From contig DASXAR010000061.1 of the NCBI GenBank assembly GCA_036406595.1, positions 2,566 through 66,565 of the forward strand: a stretch of DNA of 64,000 bases, written 5' to 3'. The DNA is from Solirubrobacterales bacterium (lineage in GTDB: Bacteria > Actinomycetota > Thermoleophilia > Solirubrobacterales > 70-9). Position numbers and translations under genes: made by a program. How positions within the stretch are numbered: position 1 is the stretch's first letter; the number at the start of each line of letters is the position of its first letter. Shown piece by piece: positions 42,687 through 51,042 of this stretch. The notes under the pieces were generated by a model. It had not been told where the DNA came from and made no database searches. It saw only the letters and a list, made by a program, of their open reading frames with translations.

Positions 42687-43691
42687 TCAGCGCCGGAGCG
42701 CGAAGCCGCCCGCGGCGCCGAGGGCGGTGGCGGTCGCAAGCACGCCGAGCGCCGCCCGGTGCCGGCTGATCCACCACTGGAGGCTGCGGCCGTGGGCGAG
42801 CTCGTCGAATGACCCGTGGGCACCCGGGTCCTCCGGAGGCGGCTGCATCAGGTTGCCGCGCGCGTTCCTATCCGTCGGCGGTGCTTCGGTCTGCTGTTCG
42901 CCCACCGCCGTCCTCGCCAGGTAGCGCTCCGCCAGCCAGGGCGCCAGTTTGCTGCCGAGCACGGTGTAGACGGTCGGGATCCCGACATAGACCTGGCGAC
43001 GCCGGTGGCGGGCCGCCCAGTGAACGGCGTCCGCCGCCACCTCGGGCTGGTAGACGGGCGGCACCGGCTTCGGATGGCGCGGCATCTTGGAGCGACAGTG
43101 CTCGAACTGGGGTGTGTTCACGCCGGGCAGCTGCACCATCGTCACGTGGACGCTCGAGCCCTGGTGGCGCAGCTCCGTGCGGACCGAGTCGAAGAAGCCC
43201 TTGATCGCGTGCTTCGCGCCGCAGTAGGGCGCCTGCAGGGGAATTCCCTGATAGGCCATCGCCGAGCCGACCTGGACGATCGCTCCGGCGTCGCGGGGGA
43301 CCATTCGCTTCAGCGCCGCTCGCGTGCCCCAGACCGTGCCGTGGTAGGTGACGTCGGTGGCCCGCTCGTACTCCTCCGGCTCGATGTCCTCGAAGAAGGA
43401 GAAGACGGTCGTCATCGCATCGTTGACCCAGACATCGATCGGGCCCATCTCGGTCTCGGTCCGCTCGGCGGCGGCGTCGACCGCCGCCGCGTCGGCGACA
43501 TCGGTGGGCACGATCAGCGCCGAGCCCCCGGCAGCCTCCACCTCGGCCCGGGCTCCGTCGAGCGCCTCGCCGCCGCGGGCGAGCAGGGCGACGTGCGCCC
43601 CATCTCGAGCAAAGCGGCGCGCGACGGCTCGACCGATGCCGGAGCCGGCGCCGGTCACCACGACCACCTTCCCGCCGTAATCCGCTGCCAC
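42687..43691 (-). CDS. SDR family oxidoreductase with C-terminal hydrophobic tail
   Basis: VTGAGSGIGRA Rossmann motif and YCGAKHA catalytic motif. GTG start lies 9 nt after GGGTAG. Confidence 0.85.
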   Translation of the reverse strand: MAADYGGKVVVVTGAGSGIGRAVARRFARDGAHVALLARGGEALDGARAEVEAAGGSALIVPTDVADAAAVDAAAERTETEMGPIDVWVNDAMTTVFSFFEDIEPEEYERATDVTYHGTVWGTRAALKRMVPRDAGAIVQVGSAMAYQGIPLQAPYCGAKHAIKGFFDSVRTELRHQGSSVHVTMVQLPGVNTPQFEHCRSKMPRHPKPVPPVYQPEVAADAVHWAARHRRRQVYVGIPTVYTVLGSKLAPWLAERYLARTAVGEQQTEAPPTDRNARGNLMQPPPEDPGAHGSFDELAHGRSLQWWISRHRAALGVLATATALGAAGGFALRR

Positions 43692-43700
43692 ATTTGACGA

Positions 43701-43706
43701 CTACCC
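43701..43706 (-). promoter_or_regulatory. GGGTAG -10 element, 9 nt upstream of the SDR GTG start; no good -35
   Basis: Plus strand shows CTACCC 43701-43706. GTG at 43691. Confidence 0.3.
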
Positions 43707-43739
43707 GCCTCTGGGGCGCCCACACTGCGGCAGGCCTCC

Positions 43740-43765
43740 GTTAGCCTGGTCCGCCGGGCGGGTAG
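43740..43765 (+). promoter_or_regulatory. near-consensus GTTA-N16-GGGTAG for mscS (leaderless)
   Basis: GGGTAG 43760-43765. ATG 43775 is 9 nt downstream. Confidence 0.45.
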
Positions 43766-43774
43766 CTTCAGCCG

Positions 43775-44692
43775 ATGCCAGCTCCGCGCCGGAGGATTCC
43801 ACGAGAGCTCTTCGAGACCCGCAGCCATTCCTGGCATGCCGTGGGACTCGGCGAGGAGCTCGAGCCTGCCGGGCCCAGGCGCCCTCTCCTGTGGCTCCTT
43901 CTCGCCCTTGTGGCGATCGCGGCGACACTGGTCCTCTACGGCCACAGGCACGAGCTCTTCCCCGGCTACGGAGCGTGGGTCCGAGCGGCGACCGTGGCAA
44001 TCCTGATCATCGTCGGCTCTGCCGCGGCACACTGGCTGGTGCGCTGGCTCACCCCGCGGCTCTTCCGCCGCCTCGACCCGGCGACCGCCGGAACCATCGG
44101 CTTCCTGCTCCGGCTGGTGTCGATGGCGGGTGTGGTCGTCGTCGCGCTGCGGATCGCGGGGGTGACGGCGGCCACGCTCGCGGTCGGTGGCGCCTTCACC
44201 GCCATCGTCCTCGGACTGGCGGCCCAGCAGACGCTCGGAAGCCTCTTCGCCGGAATCGTCCTGCAGAGCACCCGCCCGTTTCGAGTCGGTGAACGCGTCC
44301 GCCTGGTCGGCGGGCTCCTGGCCGGCTCGATCGAGGGCACCGTCAGCTCGCTCGGTCTCTTCTACACGACGCTCGCCCAGGGAGCCGACCGGCTCCAGGT
44401 CCCCAACAGCGTGCTGATCAACCTCGTCGTCGTGCCGCTGCGGGAGCCCGACAGAGTCGACGTTCGCGCCCGCTTCGACCCCGACGCGAGCCCGAAGCAA
44501 GTCGAAGATCGCCTCACCTCCTCGATCGGCGTGCCCACGCGCTATCCCCCCAACGTGAGCCTCGAGGAAGTCGACGAGGATGGCGTCGTGCTACGGATCC
44601 GCGCGACGCCGCTGCAACCCGGCGACGGCTCGCAGCTGGCCGAGGAAGTCCTCGAGGCGCTGCGCCGAACCCCGTCCGCCGCCGCCGGTTGA
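43775..44692 (+). CDS. mscS: mechanosensitive ion channel (MscS family)
   Basis: GLAAQQTLGSLFAGIVLQSTRPFRVGERV pore-helix/beta-domain motif. Confidence 0.85.
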   Translation: MPAPRRRIPRELFETRSHSWHAVGLGEELEPAGPRRPLLWLLLALVAIAATLVLYGHRHELFPGYGAWVRAATVAILIIVGSAAAHWLVRWLTPRLFRRLDPATAGTIGFLLRLVSMAGVVVVALRIAGVTAATLAVGGAFTAIVLGLAAQQTLGSLFAGIVLQSTRPFRVGERVRLVGGLLAGSIEGTVSSLGLFYTTLAQGADRLQVPNSVLINLVVVPLREPDRVDVRARFDPDASPKQVEDRLTSSIGVPTRYPPNVSLEEVDEDGVVLRIRATPLQPGDGSQLAEEVLEALRRTPSAAAG

Positions 44693-44731
44693 GGTGGTCA
44701 CCCAGCGCCGCCGGTTGAGGTCGTCACCTAG
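44680..44731. repeat. 26-bp tandem duplication (24/26 identical) spanning the mscS stop codon
   Basis: CGCCGCCGGTTGAGGTGGTCACCCAG / CGCCGCCGGTTGAGGTCGTCACCTAG. Confidence 0.9.
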
Positions 44732-44885
44732 ACTATCTTTCGACCCCGGGCTAGAGTTCGGCCTGGGCCGGTTGGAGTCCCGTGCGGGAATTCAAACGGC
44801 ACATGCGGGAAGAGCAAGGACTCGAATTCGCCTCTGAAGAGGGGTTCTCCGGGGCCTCGAAAACCACCGACCTGGTTCTTCAAAC

Positions 44886-45269
44886 ATGGATGCAAGCAAC
44901 CGCGACGTGACGAATGGAACGTTGAGCGTCCGGGTGATCGCGAATGACGCGACGCCGACGCTGGCCCTCTCTGGCGAGCTGGACCTGGCCAATGCCGAGA
45001 CCTTTGCCGCAGAGCTGGAGCGGGTGGAGAGCGATGCCCCCACCATGATCACGGTGGACATGCAGGAGCTGGAGTTCATCGATTCGACAGGGATCGCCGT
45101 GCTCGTCGCGGCACATCGGCGGCTCAACGACGGCGGGCTGCGGATCCGCCTCGTGCGCAGCCGGGCGAGCGCCGTGCGGCGGGTTCTCGACGTGACCGGC
45201 CTCGACGCGGAGCTGCCCTTCGTCGACCCGGGCGAGATTTCCGGCACCGAACCCGGTCTGGCGCAGTAG
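44886..45269 (+). CDS. STAS-domain anti-sigma-factor antagonist, second copy
   Basis: LEFIDSTGIAVLV carries the conserved Ser. 127 aa. Confidence 0.85.
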   Translation: MDASNRDVTNGTLSVRVIANDATPTLALSGELDLANAETFAAELERVESDAPTMITVDMQELEFIDSTGIAVLVAAHRRLNDGGLRIRLVRSRASAVRRVLDVTGLDAELPFVDPGEISGTEPGLAQ

Positions 45270-45312
45270 GCTTTGCCCTCGGGGATCGAAGCCCCGGGAT
45301 TGGAGTCCGCAT

Positions 45313-45678
45313 TTGGCCGAAGGAGAGTCCACCAAGATCGGCCACGTCCTGGCCGAGGTCTCCAACGCGATGGTCGCGCTGCACCGTGAGCACTTCGGCC
45401 GGGGAGCGGGCGCAGCGAAGACCCTGGTCACCGACGACATGGTCGTCTGCGTCCTGCACGACATCTACACCTCGGTCGAGAGGACGTTGATCCGCGCCGG
45501 GCAGAGCGAGCACGTCCGCCGCACCCGTGCCCTGCATCAGGAAGCCCTGAAGCACGAGTACCGCTCCCGCATCGAACCGATCGTCGGCCGCCCCGTGAAG
45601 GCCTTCCTCAGCGTCGTCAACATCGACCCCGACGTCGCGGTGGAGATCTTCCTGCTCAGCCCCGATTCGGATGGCTAG
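45313..45678 (+). CDS. DUF2294 (MpsC-like) family protein, paralog 1
   Basis: HREHFGRGAGAAKT...VCVLHDIYTSVERTLI...VKAFLSVVNIDPDVAVEIFLL pattern. Confidence 0.7.
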   Translation: MAEGESTKIGHVLAEVSNAMVALHREHFGRGAGAAKTLVTDDMVVCVLHDIYTSVERTLIRAGQSEHVRRTRALHQEALKHEYRSRIEPIVGRPVKAFLSVVNIDPDVAVEIFLLSPDSDG

Positions 45679-46067
45679 AGCGAGGAGTCGTCGGCGAGCG
45701 AGGAGTGGTCGGCGAGCCTGAAGGCTTCGATCGACCAGGAGCCACCCGTTCCGACGATCGTCCGACTCGCGAAGCCGATTACGCGCCTGCCGACGGCCCT
45801 CTCCACGATCGCCGTGAACGTCGGCTCGATGGCTTCCTGGAAGGCCTCGCGGGTGGCCTTGACGGAATCGCCGTTGCCCCGCTCGATCAGTGTCCTCTCG
45901 GCCTGTGTCAGGTCGAGGTCGAGAACGACCGCGATGAAGTCGTCGTGGAGGGCCACCTGGACCTTCCGAGCGCTCGTGCCGTAGGACTCCTGGTGGACCT
46001 TGACGATCTCGCGAGCGATCTCTTCCTTGGCGACCTCGCCGTCCTGAATCGGCCCCCCCATCTCCAT
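45675..46067 (-). CDS. DUF2294 (MpsC-like) family protein, paralog 2
   Basis: Same pattern as paralog 1 (VHQESYGTSARKV...AVVLDLDLTQAERTLI...). Its stop overlaps paralog 1 in a CTAG tetranucleotide. Confidence 0.7.
   Translation of the reverse strand: MEMGGPIQDGEVAKEEIAREIVKVHQESYGTSARKVQVALHDDFIAVVLDLDLTQAERTLIERGNGDSVKATREAFQEAIEPTFTAIVERAVGRRVIGFASRTIVGTGGSWSIEAFRLADHSSLADDSSL
45680..45715. repeat. 18-bp tandem duplication (17/18 identical) at the 3' end of DUF2294 paralog 2
   Basis: GCGAGGAGTCGTCGGCGA / GCGAGGAGTGGTCGGCGA. Encodes LADHSS-LADDSS. Confidence 0.9.
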
Positions 46068-46068
46068 C

Positions 46069-46683
46069 TCAACGCAGAGCTCCCTCCTCTTCCACGGCCG
46101 TCGGCTCGAACAGGAAAGCCTCCAACGCGAGGTTGGCGTCGGGATCGACCTGGCTGAGGAAGACGCGGACCTTGCGACCGGTGATCCGCTCGACGATTTC
46201 GACGAACTCGTCGCGAACCGCCTCCTGGAACTTCTTCCTCGTGTCGCTGACGTGATCGGCGGCTCCGGCCGAAATCAGCGTGCGCTCCGCGGTGGTGAAT
46301 ATTTCCTCGAGGATGCAGAGCGCGAAGTCGTTCTGCAGGTAGCTCCTGGCCTTGGTCGGACCGCGGCCGTAGAGGCGCGCGTGCAGTTGGACGATCTCGC
46401 GGGAGAGCTGCGAGACAAGGGCACCTCTCGCTGGACTCTCGGGTAATTCGGAACTGGACAAGAACACGGCTCCCGGATTCGCGCTTCGATGCGAGTGGTA
46501 CGCGAAGCTCTCGCGCCCGCTTTCCGCGACGGAGCCGTTTGCCCTGGCTTCGAAAACCTCCGCAGACCCTGCGCGCGAAACTGAGGTGTCACACGCCTGG
46601 CATTCGCTCGACGCCGCCAGAGCACTCGAGCCCTCCAAGCATATCGCTTCGCCTCTCGGCTGCCTCCGGATGCGCCACCCCAC
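46069..46683 (-). CDS. DUF2294 (MpsC-like) family protein, paralog 3, with about 75-aa Cys-containing N-terminal extension
   Basis: C-terminal 125 aa match the DUF2294 pattern. The long GTG 46683 start is supported by GGGTAG-N9 promoter geometry. Alternative GTG at 46467. Confidence 0.6.
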   Translation of the reverse strand: MGWRIRRQPRGEAICLEGSSALAASSECQACDTSVSRAGSAEVFEARANGSVAESGRESFAYHSHRSANPGAVFLSSSELPESPARGALVSQLSREIVQLHARLYGRGPTKARSYLQNDFALCILEEIFTTAERTLISAGAADHVSDTRKKFQEAVRDEFVEIVERITGRKVRVFLSQVDPDANLALEAFLFEPTAVEEEGALR

Positions 46684-46692
46684 GGAGGTGGG

Positions 46693-46718
46693 CTACCCAC
46701 CGGTCGAGACGGTCAAAC
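46693..46718 (-). promoter_or_regulatory. SigB/F-type promoter GTTT-N16-GGGTAG for the DUF2294 pair (leaderless)
   Basis: Plus strand shows CTACCC 46693-46698 and AAAC 46715-46718, which overlaps the SnoaL stop. GTG 46683 is 9 nt after GGGTAG. Confidence 0.6.
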
Positions 46719-47120
46719 GGCGATGGCGCCGAAGCGGGCGACGGCCTCCTCGGGATCGGGATAGACCTCACCGCGAATGAAGAGCCCGTCACGAACCTCC
46801 CAGATCCAGGCGACGGGGAGGTCGCGGATCCCGAGCTCGCGGCTGCGCGCGTAGACCCGGCCGCGGACGAGCACCGTCGATCCTCTCCACTCCTGTGTGC
46901 CCGGCACGATCTGAAGCTCTTCCCAGATCTCCTCGATGTCGTCCATGTAGTCGCGAAGGCCGGCCGGGCCGACGTATGGGCCGACGCGGCCCACCGCCTC
47001 CGCCGTGACGATCGGATAGAAAGCCATCTCGTCGTCGCAGACCGCTCGGATGCATTCCTCGTCGCGCCGATTGAAGCAATCGAAGAGGCGCTCTACCAGC
47101 TCGGGCCCGGACCCCTCCAT
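46713..47120 (-). CDS. SnoaL/NTF2-like fold protein
   Basis: 135 aa. LVERLFDCFNRRDEE...WIWEVRDGLF, typical of the SnoaL-like/ketosteroid-isomerase-like fold. Confidence 0.65.
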   Translation of the reverse strand: MEGSGPELVERLFDCFNRRDEECIRAVCDDEMAFYPIVTAEAVGRVGPYVGPAGLRDYMDDIEEIWEELQIVPGTQEWRGSTVLVRGRVYARSRELGIRDLPVAWIWEVRDGLFIRGEVYPDPEEAVARFGAIAV

Positions 47121-48526
47121 TACCGTTTTCCCAGGACTTCGTACGGAGGCGCCTCCGCCGACGTCGCCGCCCCGGGGGCGGCGGGCTCCGCCTCATCCCG
47201 CGCGCGCGCCATCGCCAGGATCGCGATGTCGTCGTCGATCTCTCCCTCGGTAAAGCCATGCAGGGCAGCCTCGAGCCGCTCGAGCGCGAGTGCCGGATTG
47301 GTGGCGCCGCGCAGCACCTCGCCGACGCGCTCCTCGCCGAAACGGCCCTCCGCCCCCTGCGCCTCGGAGACCCCGTCGGTGGCGATCACGAGCTGCTGTC
47401 CAAATCGGACCTCGCTGCGGACCAGGGTCCAGCGCGCGTCGGGAAACGCGCCGAGCACAGGATCAGCCTCCGCCGCCTCGGTCACCCGCTCGCCGTCGAC
47501 GAGGAGGGGCGGAGGGTGGCCGGCAACCGCGAGCCGCACGGGCTCGAGCGGGTCTTCGCTGAGCACGACCGCGACCAGGCTGCAGAGGGACTCGTCGCCC
47601 CGCGCCAGCAGGGCGCGATTGAGGGTTGCGAGGGCGACAAGCGGGTCATTGCTCAGCAGCGCCGCGGTTCGCAGCGTGTAGCGGGCGACCGCGGTGATAG
47701 AGGCGGCCTGGGCGCCGCGGCCAGTGACGTCGCCGATCGCAAGCATCCAGCCGCCGGGGACCCGGTAGACGTCGTAGAAGTCGCCGCCGACCTCGTTCTG
47801 CGCTCCGGCCGGCCGGTACATCGCCGCCACCGACCAGCCCGGGATGTTGGGGAGGGGCGGCGGGAGAAGGCCGCGCTGCAGGGTCTCGGCGATCTCGGTG
47901 CGCTCGCGCTCGGCGCGCTCGAGGTCGTCGAAGAGGCCGGCGTTGTCGAGGGCGAGCGCGACGCGGCCGGAGAGGATCCAGGCGAAGTTGGCGTCGTCGC
48001 GGTGGTATCGGCGCTTCGACCAGGCGACTCCCACCGTGAGCGTTCCGGTCACTTTGCCGCGCGCGTTGAGGGCGACGGTGATCGCGGAGCGCGGCGCGAT
48101 CCTGCGCATCAGCTCCAGGTCCTCCGGGTCGTCGGCCAGCTCCCTGAGCACCGAGTCGGGCATCCGCTCGAAGAAGCGGGGCTTGAGGGCTGCGCTGCCG
48201 TTGCCGGCGAGCATGTGCTCGGGTGTGGACGGCCGCCTTTCGGCGAGTTGCCGCCCGATCCCCTCCTCCGCCCCGGGCGCGACCCGCACCGCGGCCCGGG
48301 TGACCTCGCCCTCGCTGATCAGGTCGATCATGCAGAAGTCGGCAAGGTCCGGGACTAGGATGTCGCAGATCGACTCGAAGGTGTGCTCCAGGGATCCGCC
48401 CGAGTCGGAGACCACCGCGACATCCGCGAGCATGCGGAAGCGCCGTCGCGCCTTGCGCTCACGCACGAACAGCACGGCCATCGCAATCGCGATCGCCCCG
48501 ATCAACATCGCCACCACTGCGGTCAC
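47120..48526 (-). CDS. membrane-anchored GAF + PP2C (SpoIIE/RsbU-type) serine phosphatase
   Basis: N-terminal TM helix, a GAF-like middle region and the PP2C motif GGDFYDV...IGDVTGRGAQAA. Confidence 0.85.
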   Translation of the reverse strand: MTAVVAMLIGAIAIAMAVLFVRERKARRRFRMLADVAVVSDSGGSLEHTFESICDILVPDLADFCMIDLISEGEVTRAAVRVAPGAEEGIGRQLAERRPSTPEHMLAGNGSAALKPRFFERMPDSVLRELADDPEDLELMRRIAPRSAITVALNARGKVTGTLTVGVAWSKRRYHRDDANFAWILSGRVALALDNAGLFDDLERAERERTEIAETLQRGLLPPPLPNIPGWSVAAMYRPAGAQNEVGGDFYDVYRVPGGWMLAIGDVTGRGAQAASITAVARYTLRTAALLSNDPLVALATLNRALLARGDESLCSLVAVVLSEDPLEPVRLAVAGHPPPLLVDGERVTEAAEADPVLGAFPDARWTLVRSEVRFGQQLVIATDGVSEAQGAEGRFGEERVGEVLRGATNPALALERLEAALHGFTEGEIDDDIAILAMARARDEAEPAAPGAATSAEAPPYEVLGKR

Positions 48527-48715
48527 GGCTCACTCGCTCCCCTCAAGGTACCTCTACTAAAAAGAGAGTACTGGCGATCTGCCGCTATGTCCATGCACGC
48601 GCAGCTAATTCATCGGCCCCGGCACTCCCGTGCGGCGCGCGCGAGCGAGGGGACGGTCCGCCGCTTCGGCAGGAGCCGCGCCGCGGGGACCTCCTCGCTC
48701 ATCCCAACCCGCGAT

Positions 48716-49612
48716 TCAGGCCGCAACCACGGGCGGCACCACGGGGTCGTAGCCGAACTCCGCGAGCGCCCCGCCGATCTCGGCGTGCATCGCCTGCTGC
48801 TCGTTCTCGGTCAGATTCCGCCGCCAGGCTCCGGGGCTCGCGGCGCGCTCGCGGAGGTGGGGCCCGCGGCTCCCGGGCGGCAGTCGCTCGAAGCTGTGGC
48901 GGGCCGCGACCGCAGCAGCCTCTCGGCGGTCCAGGCCGAGCAGGTCACAGAGGCGCTCGAGAGAGCGCGTGGCCTCGCCGAGCAGGTCCTCGTAGCGCAG
49001 CATGAGGCGGTTCTCCGGCCGGGTCGCCTCATATGCGTCGCGCACCGCGCGGCTGCGGTATGCCCAGACCGCGGAAAGCCAGCGGATCAGCGGGATGCGC
49101 CCCTGCTCGGACACCGGGAAGGCGCCGCCTGGTATCGCCCATGCACCCTCCCGGTACGCGGCCAGCCATGAGTCGACCACATCCCGGCCATCCCGCAGCA
49201 GGAATATCAGCCGCCCCGCGGGAAAGAGCGCGGTGAGGAGGGGAGCGACATGGGAGCCGGGCTCCTTCACCACCAGCAGGGCCCTCCCGTCCTCGGAACC
49301 GTGTTCGGCGACCTGCGAGTCGAACCGAGCGGCGATCAGCTGCCGCAGCGGCTCCCACCAGCTTTCCCGGTGGCGCTCCGAGAAGAAGTAGCAGGGCTCC
49401 TCCGCCTTCAGGTCGAGGAGCGTCGTCAGGTCAGGCGGCTCACCGTCGGCGACTGCCCAGGCGAGCGGGATCGGACGCCAGACGCCGAGATGATGACCGA
49501 GGTGGGGATCGTCGATCGGCACCACTCCGTCGAACTCCGAGAGCATCTTCAGGAGCCAGGTGCTGCCACTGCGTGACGAGCCGAAGATCCAGATCAGGCG
49601 CCGTTCGTCCAT
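48716..49612 (-). CDS. sulfotransferase family protein
   Basis: PAPS 5'-phosphosulfate-binding loop IFGSSRSGSTWL and the LLRDGRD region. Confidence 0.75.
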   Translation of the reverse strand: MDERRLIWIFGSSRSGSTWLLKMLSEFDGVVPIDDPHLGHHLGVWRPIPLAWAVADGEPPDLTTLLDLKAEEPCYFFSERHRESWWEPLRQLIAARFDSQVAEHGSEDGRALLVVKEPGSHVAPLLTALFPAGRLIFLLRDGRDVVDSWLAAYREGAWAIPGGAFPVSEQGRIPLIRWLSAVWAYRSRAVRDAYEATRPENRLMLRYEDLLGEATRSLERLCDLLGLDRREAAAVAARHSFERLPPGSRGPHLRERAASPGAWRRNLTENEQQAMHAEIGGALAEFGYDPVVPPVVAA

Positions 49613-49641
49613 GTCGGAGGAGTGAGCTCGTCGAGTTCAGA

Positions 49642-49845
49642 TCAGAGCCGCTCTGAGCGCGCACCGCCCGAGCATCGGGGCGACGACGGCAACCGCCTTC
49701 TCGCCCATGTGCCGCCCGCGGCGGCCCCGCCGAACAGCCCGGCGCCGTGCTTTGCGCCGATCGCGTCTGCGAGTGCCCTGTGCCGCGCCGCCATCTCGTG
49801 GGGGCAGGTCGCTCCCCGATGTCGAGCATTTGCGCTTGATGCCAT
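49642..49845 (-). CDS. candidate leaderless small ORF (67 aa), or simply the 5' leader of the sulfotransferase mRNA
   Basis: ATG 49845 lies 10 nt after the GGGTAG of an exact GTTT-N15-GGGTAG promoter. GC3 is only about 75% and no family was recognised. Confidence 0.25.
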   Translation of the reverse strand: MASSANARHRGATCPHEMAARHRALADAIGAKHGAGLFGGAAAGGTWARRRLPSSPRCSGGARSERL

Positions 49846-49855
49846 CCCGATTCGG

Positions 49856-49881
49856 CTACCCAGAGGGGTGGACGAGAAACC
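49856..49881 (-). promoter_or_regulatory. SigB/F-type promoter GGTTT-N15-GGGTAG upstream of the sulfotransferase
   Basis: Plus strand shows CTACCC 49856-49861 and AAACC 49877-49881. Confidence 0.55.
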
Positions 49882-49889
49882 TCAAGCGG

Positions 49890-50981
49890 TCAGTAGCGGA
49901 GCAGCGCCGCCGAGCCGTCCACGCTCGAAAGCAGCTCGGCCGCCTTTCCCGTCACCGCGACGACGTTGGCTCCGCCGTCGAGAGCCCGGCGGACCAGTTG
50001 CTCGCACCTTGCCGCAAACCCGGCATCGAGAACCAGGGTGTCCACCCTCGCTTCCGCGAGCGCCGCCTCGGTCTCCTGGGTTCCCGCGGCGCCGCGCATC
50101 CCGCCCCGGGCCGATTCGAGGGTGCGCTCGACCAACTCACGGTCCCGCTCGGCGTCGAGGGCTTTCGCGGCATCGGCCAAGGCGACCTCGAGCTTTCCCG
50201 CGGGCTCGGAGATCAAATCCGCGTCACCGCCCGGCCCGATTGCGACCCCGGGCAGGTTGAGGCCGCGCCGGAACTCCCGGACGTGGTCGGCGGCGCCGAA
50301 GATGATCAACTGGCTCCAACGGCGCGCCTCCGCCGGCCCGGCCACGAGACGGCCGCACTCTCCGAGAAAGCGGTGGCGGTTCTCCTCGAGCCGCTCCTCG
50401 AATTGGTCGCGGCCGGACGCGCTCACGGCCTGCGATCGGGCCGGGTCGGAGGGACGTTGCGCCTTCCGCTCCCTCCAGTCGTCGCTGAAGACGCTCATCT
50501 CCCAGCTCTCCAGCTCCTCGACGTGGCCGGGAGCCCACTCGAGCAGGCGAACCCGCTCAGCCGAGATCAGGGCCACCCCACGCGACGCACCGCGTTCGAG
50601 CATGCAGACGAGGGGCGCGACGAGCGGCTGCTCGTCGAAGAAGGCCGCCGGTGACGACTCGGCCGAGACATGCCCCGCCCACCACGACTCCGAGCCCGCC
50701 TTCGCGGCCACCTCGACGAAGCCGACTTCGGCTCGCGGCAGGCTGCGCTCGTGATCGGCGAATCGCTCGCCGAGCCGCTCGCAGGTCGCGCGAAGCGCGG
50801 TGGCGGCCTCGTGGCCGAGCCCGTCCTTCCGCTCGAGAACCGAGGACAGCCCATTGCTGAGCTCGGTGCGCCAGCGACCACCACGGTCGCCGGGGTCGAG
50901 CCGCAGGTAGATCGAGATGACGCCGAGCGGCGGCTTCCAGCGCGCAAGTCGCCGCACGTCGTCGAGGGTCGGCCAGGGCAT
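49890..50981 (-). CDS. bacterial archaeo-eukaryotic release-factor-like (baeRF / Vms1-VLRF1-like) protein
   Basis: 363 aa. The N-terminal ISIYLRLDP...RW and C-terminal ...GSAALLRY resemble the actinobacterial aeRF1-like family as I remember it. Confidence 0.55.
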   Translation of the reverse strand: MPWPTLDDVRRLARWKPPLGVISIYLRLDPGDRGGRWRTELSNGLSSVLERKDGLGHEAATALRATCERLGERFADHERSLPRAEVGFVEVAAKAGSESWWAGHVSAESSPAAFFDEQPLVAPLVCMLERGASRGVALISAERVRLLEWAPGHVEELESWEMSVFSDDWRERKAQRPSDPARSQAVSASGRDQFEERLEENRHRFLGECGRLVAGPAEARRWSQLIIFGAADHVREFRRGLNLPGVAIGPGGDADLISEPAGKLEVALADAAKALDAERDRELVERTLESARGGMRGAAGTQETEAALAEARVDTLVLDAGFAARCEQLVRRALDGGANVVAVTGKAAELLSSVDGSAALLRY

Positions 50982-50993
50982 CTGCTTCGCACC

Positions 50994-51019
50994 GTACCCG
51001 CCGCAACGGGCTCGAATCT
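50994..51019 (-). promoter_or_regulatory. near-consensus GATT-N15-GGGTAC for the baeRF gene
   Basis: Plus strand shows GTACCC 50994-50999 and AATC 51015-51018. ATG 50981 is 12 nt downstream. Confidence 0.35.
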
Positions 51020-51027
51020 TGCCCGCC

Positions 51028-51033
51028 GGGTAT
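51028..51033 (+). promoter_or_regulatory. GGGTAT -10 element, 9 nt upstream of the DUF72 GTG; no -35 match
   Basis: GGGTAT 51028-51033. GTG at 51043. Confidence 0.3.
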
Positions 51034-51042
51034 TGGTGGCTC

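Noticed and set aside
44760-44830. tRNA-like T-arm resemblance (GGTTGGAGTCCCGTGCGGGAATTCAAAC) upstream of the second STAS gene
   Set aside because: No complete cloverleaf or acceptor stem can be drawn, and the stems are only 4 bp.
46467-46467. Shorter GTG start for DUF2294 paralog 3 (132 aa, the size of its paralogs)
   Set aside because: Its GGGAG lies only 2 nt from the GTG. The long GTG 46683 start fits the GGGTAG-N9 leaderless rule exactly. Kept as an alternative.
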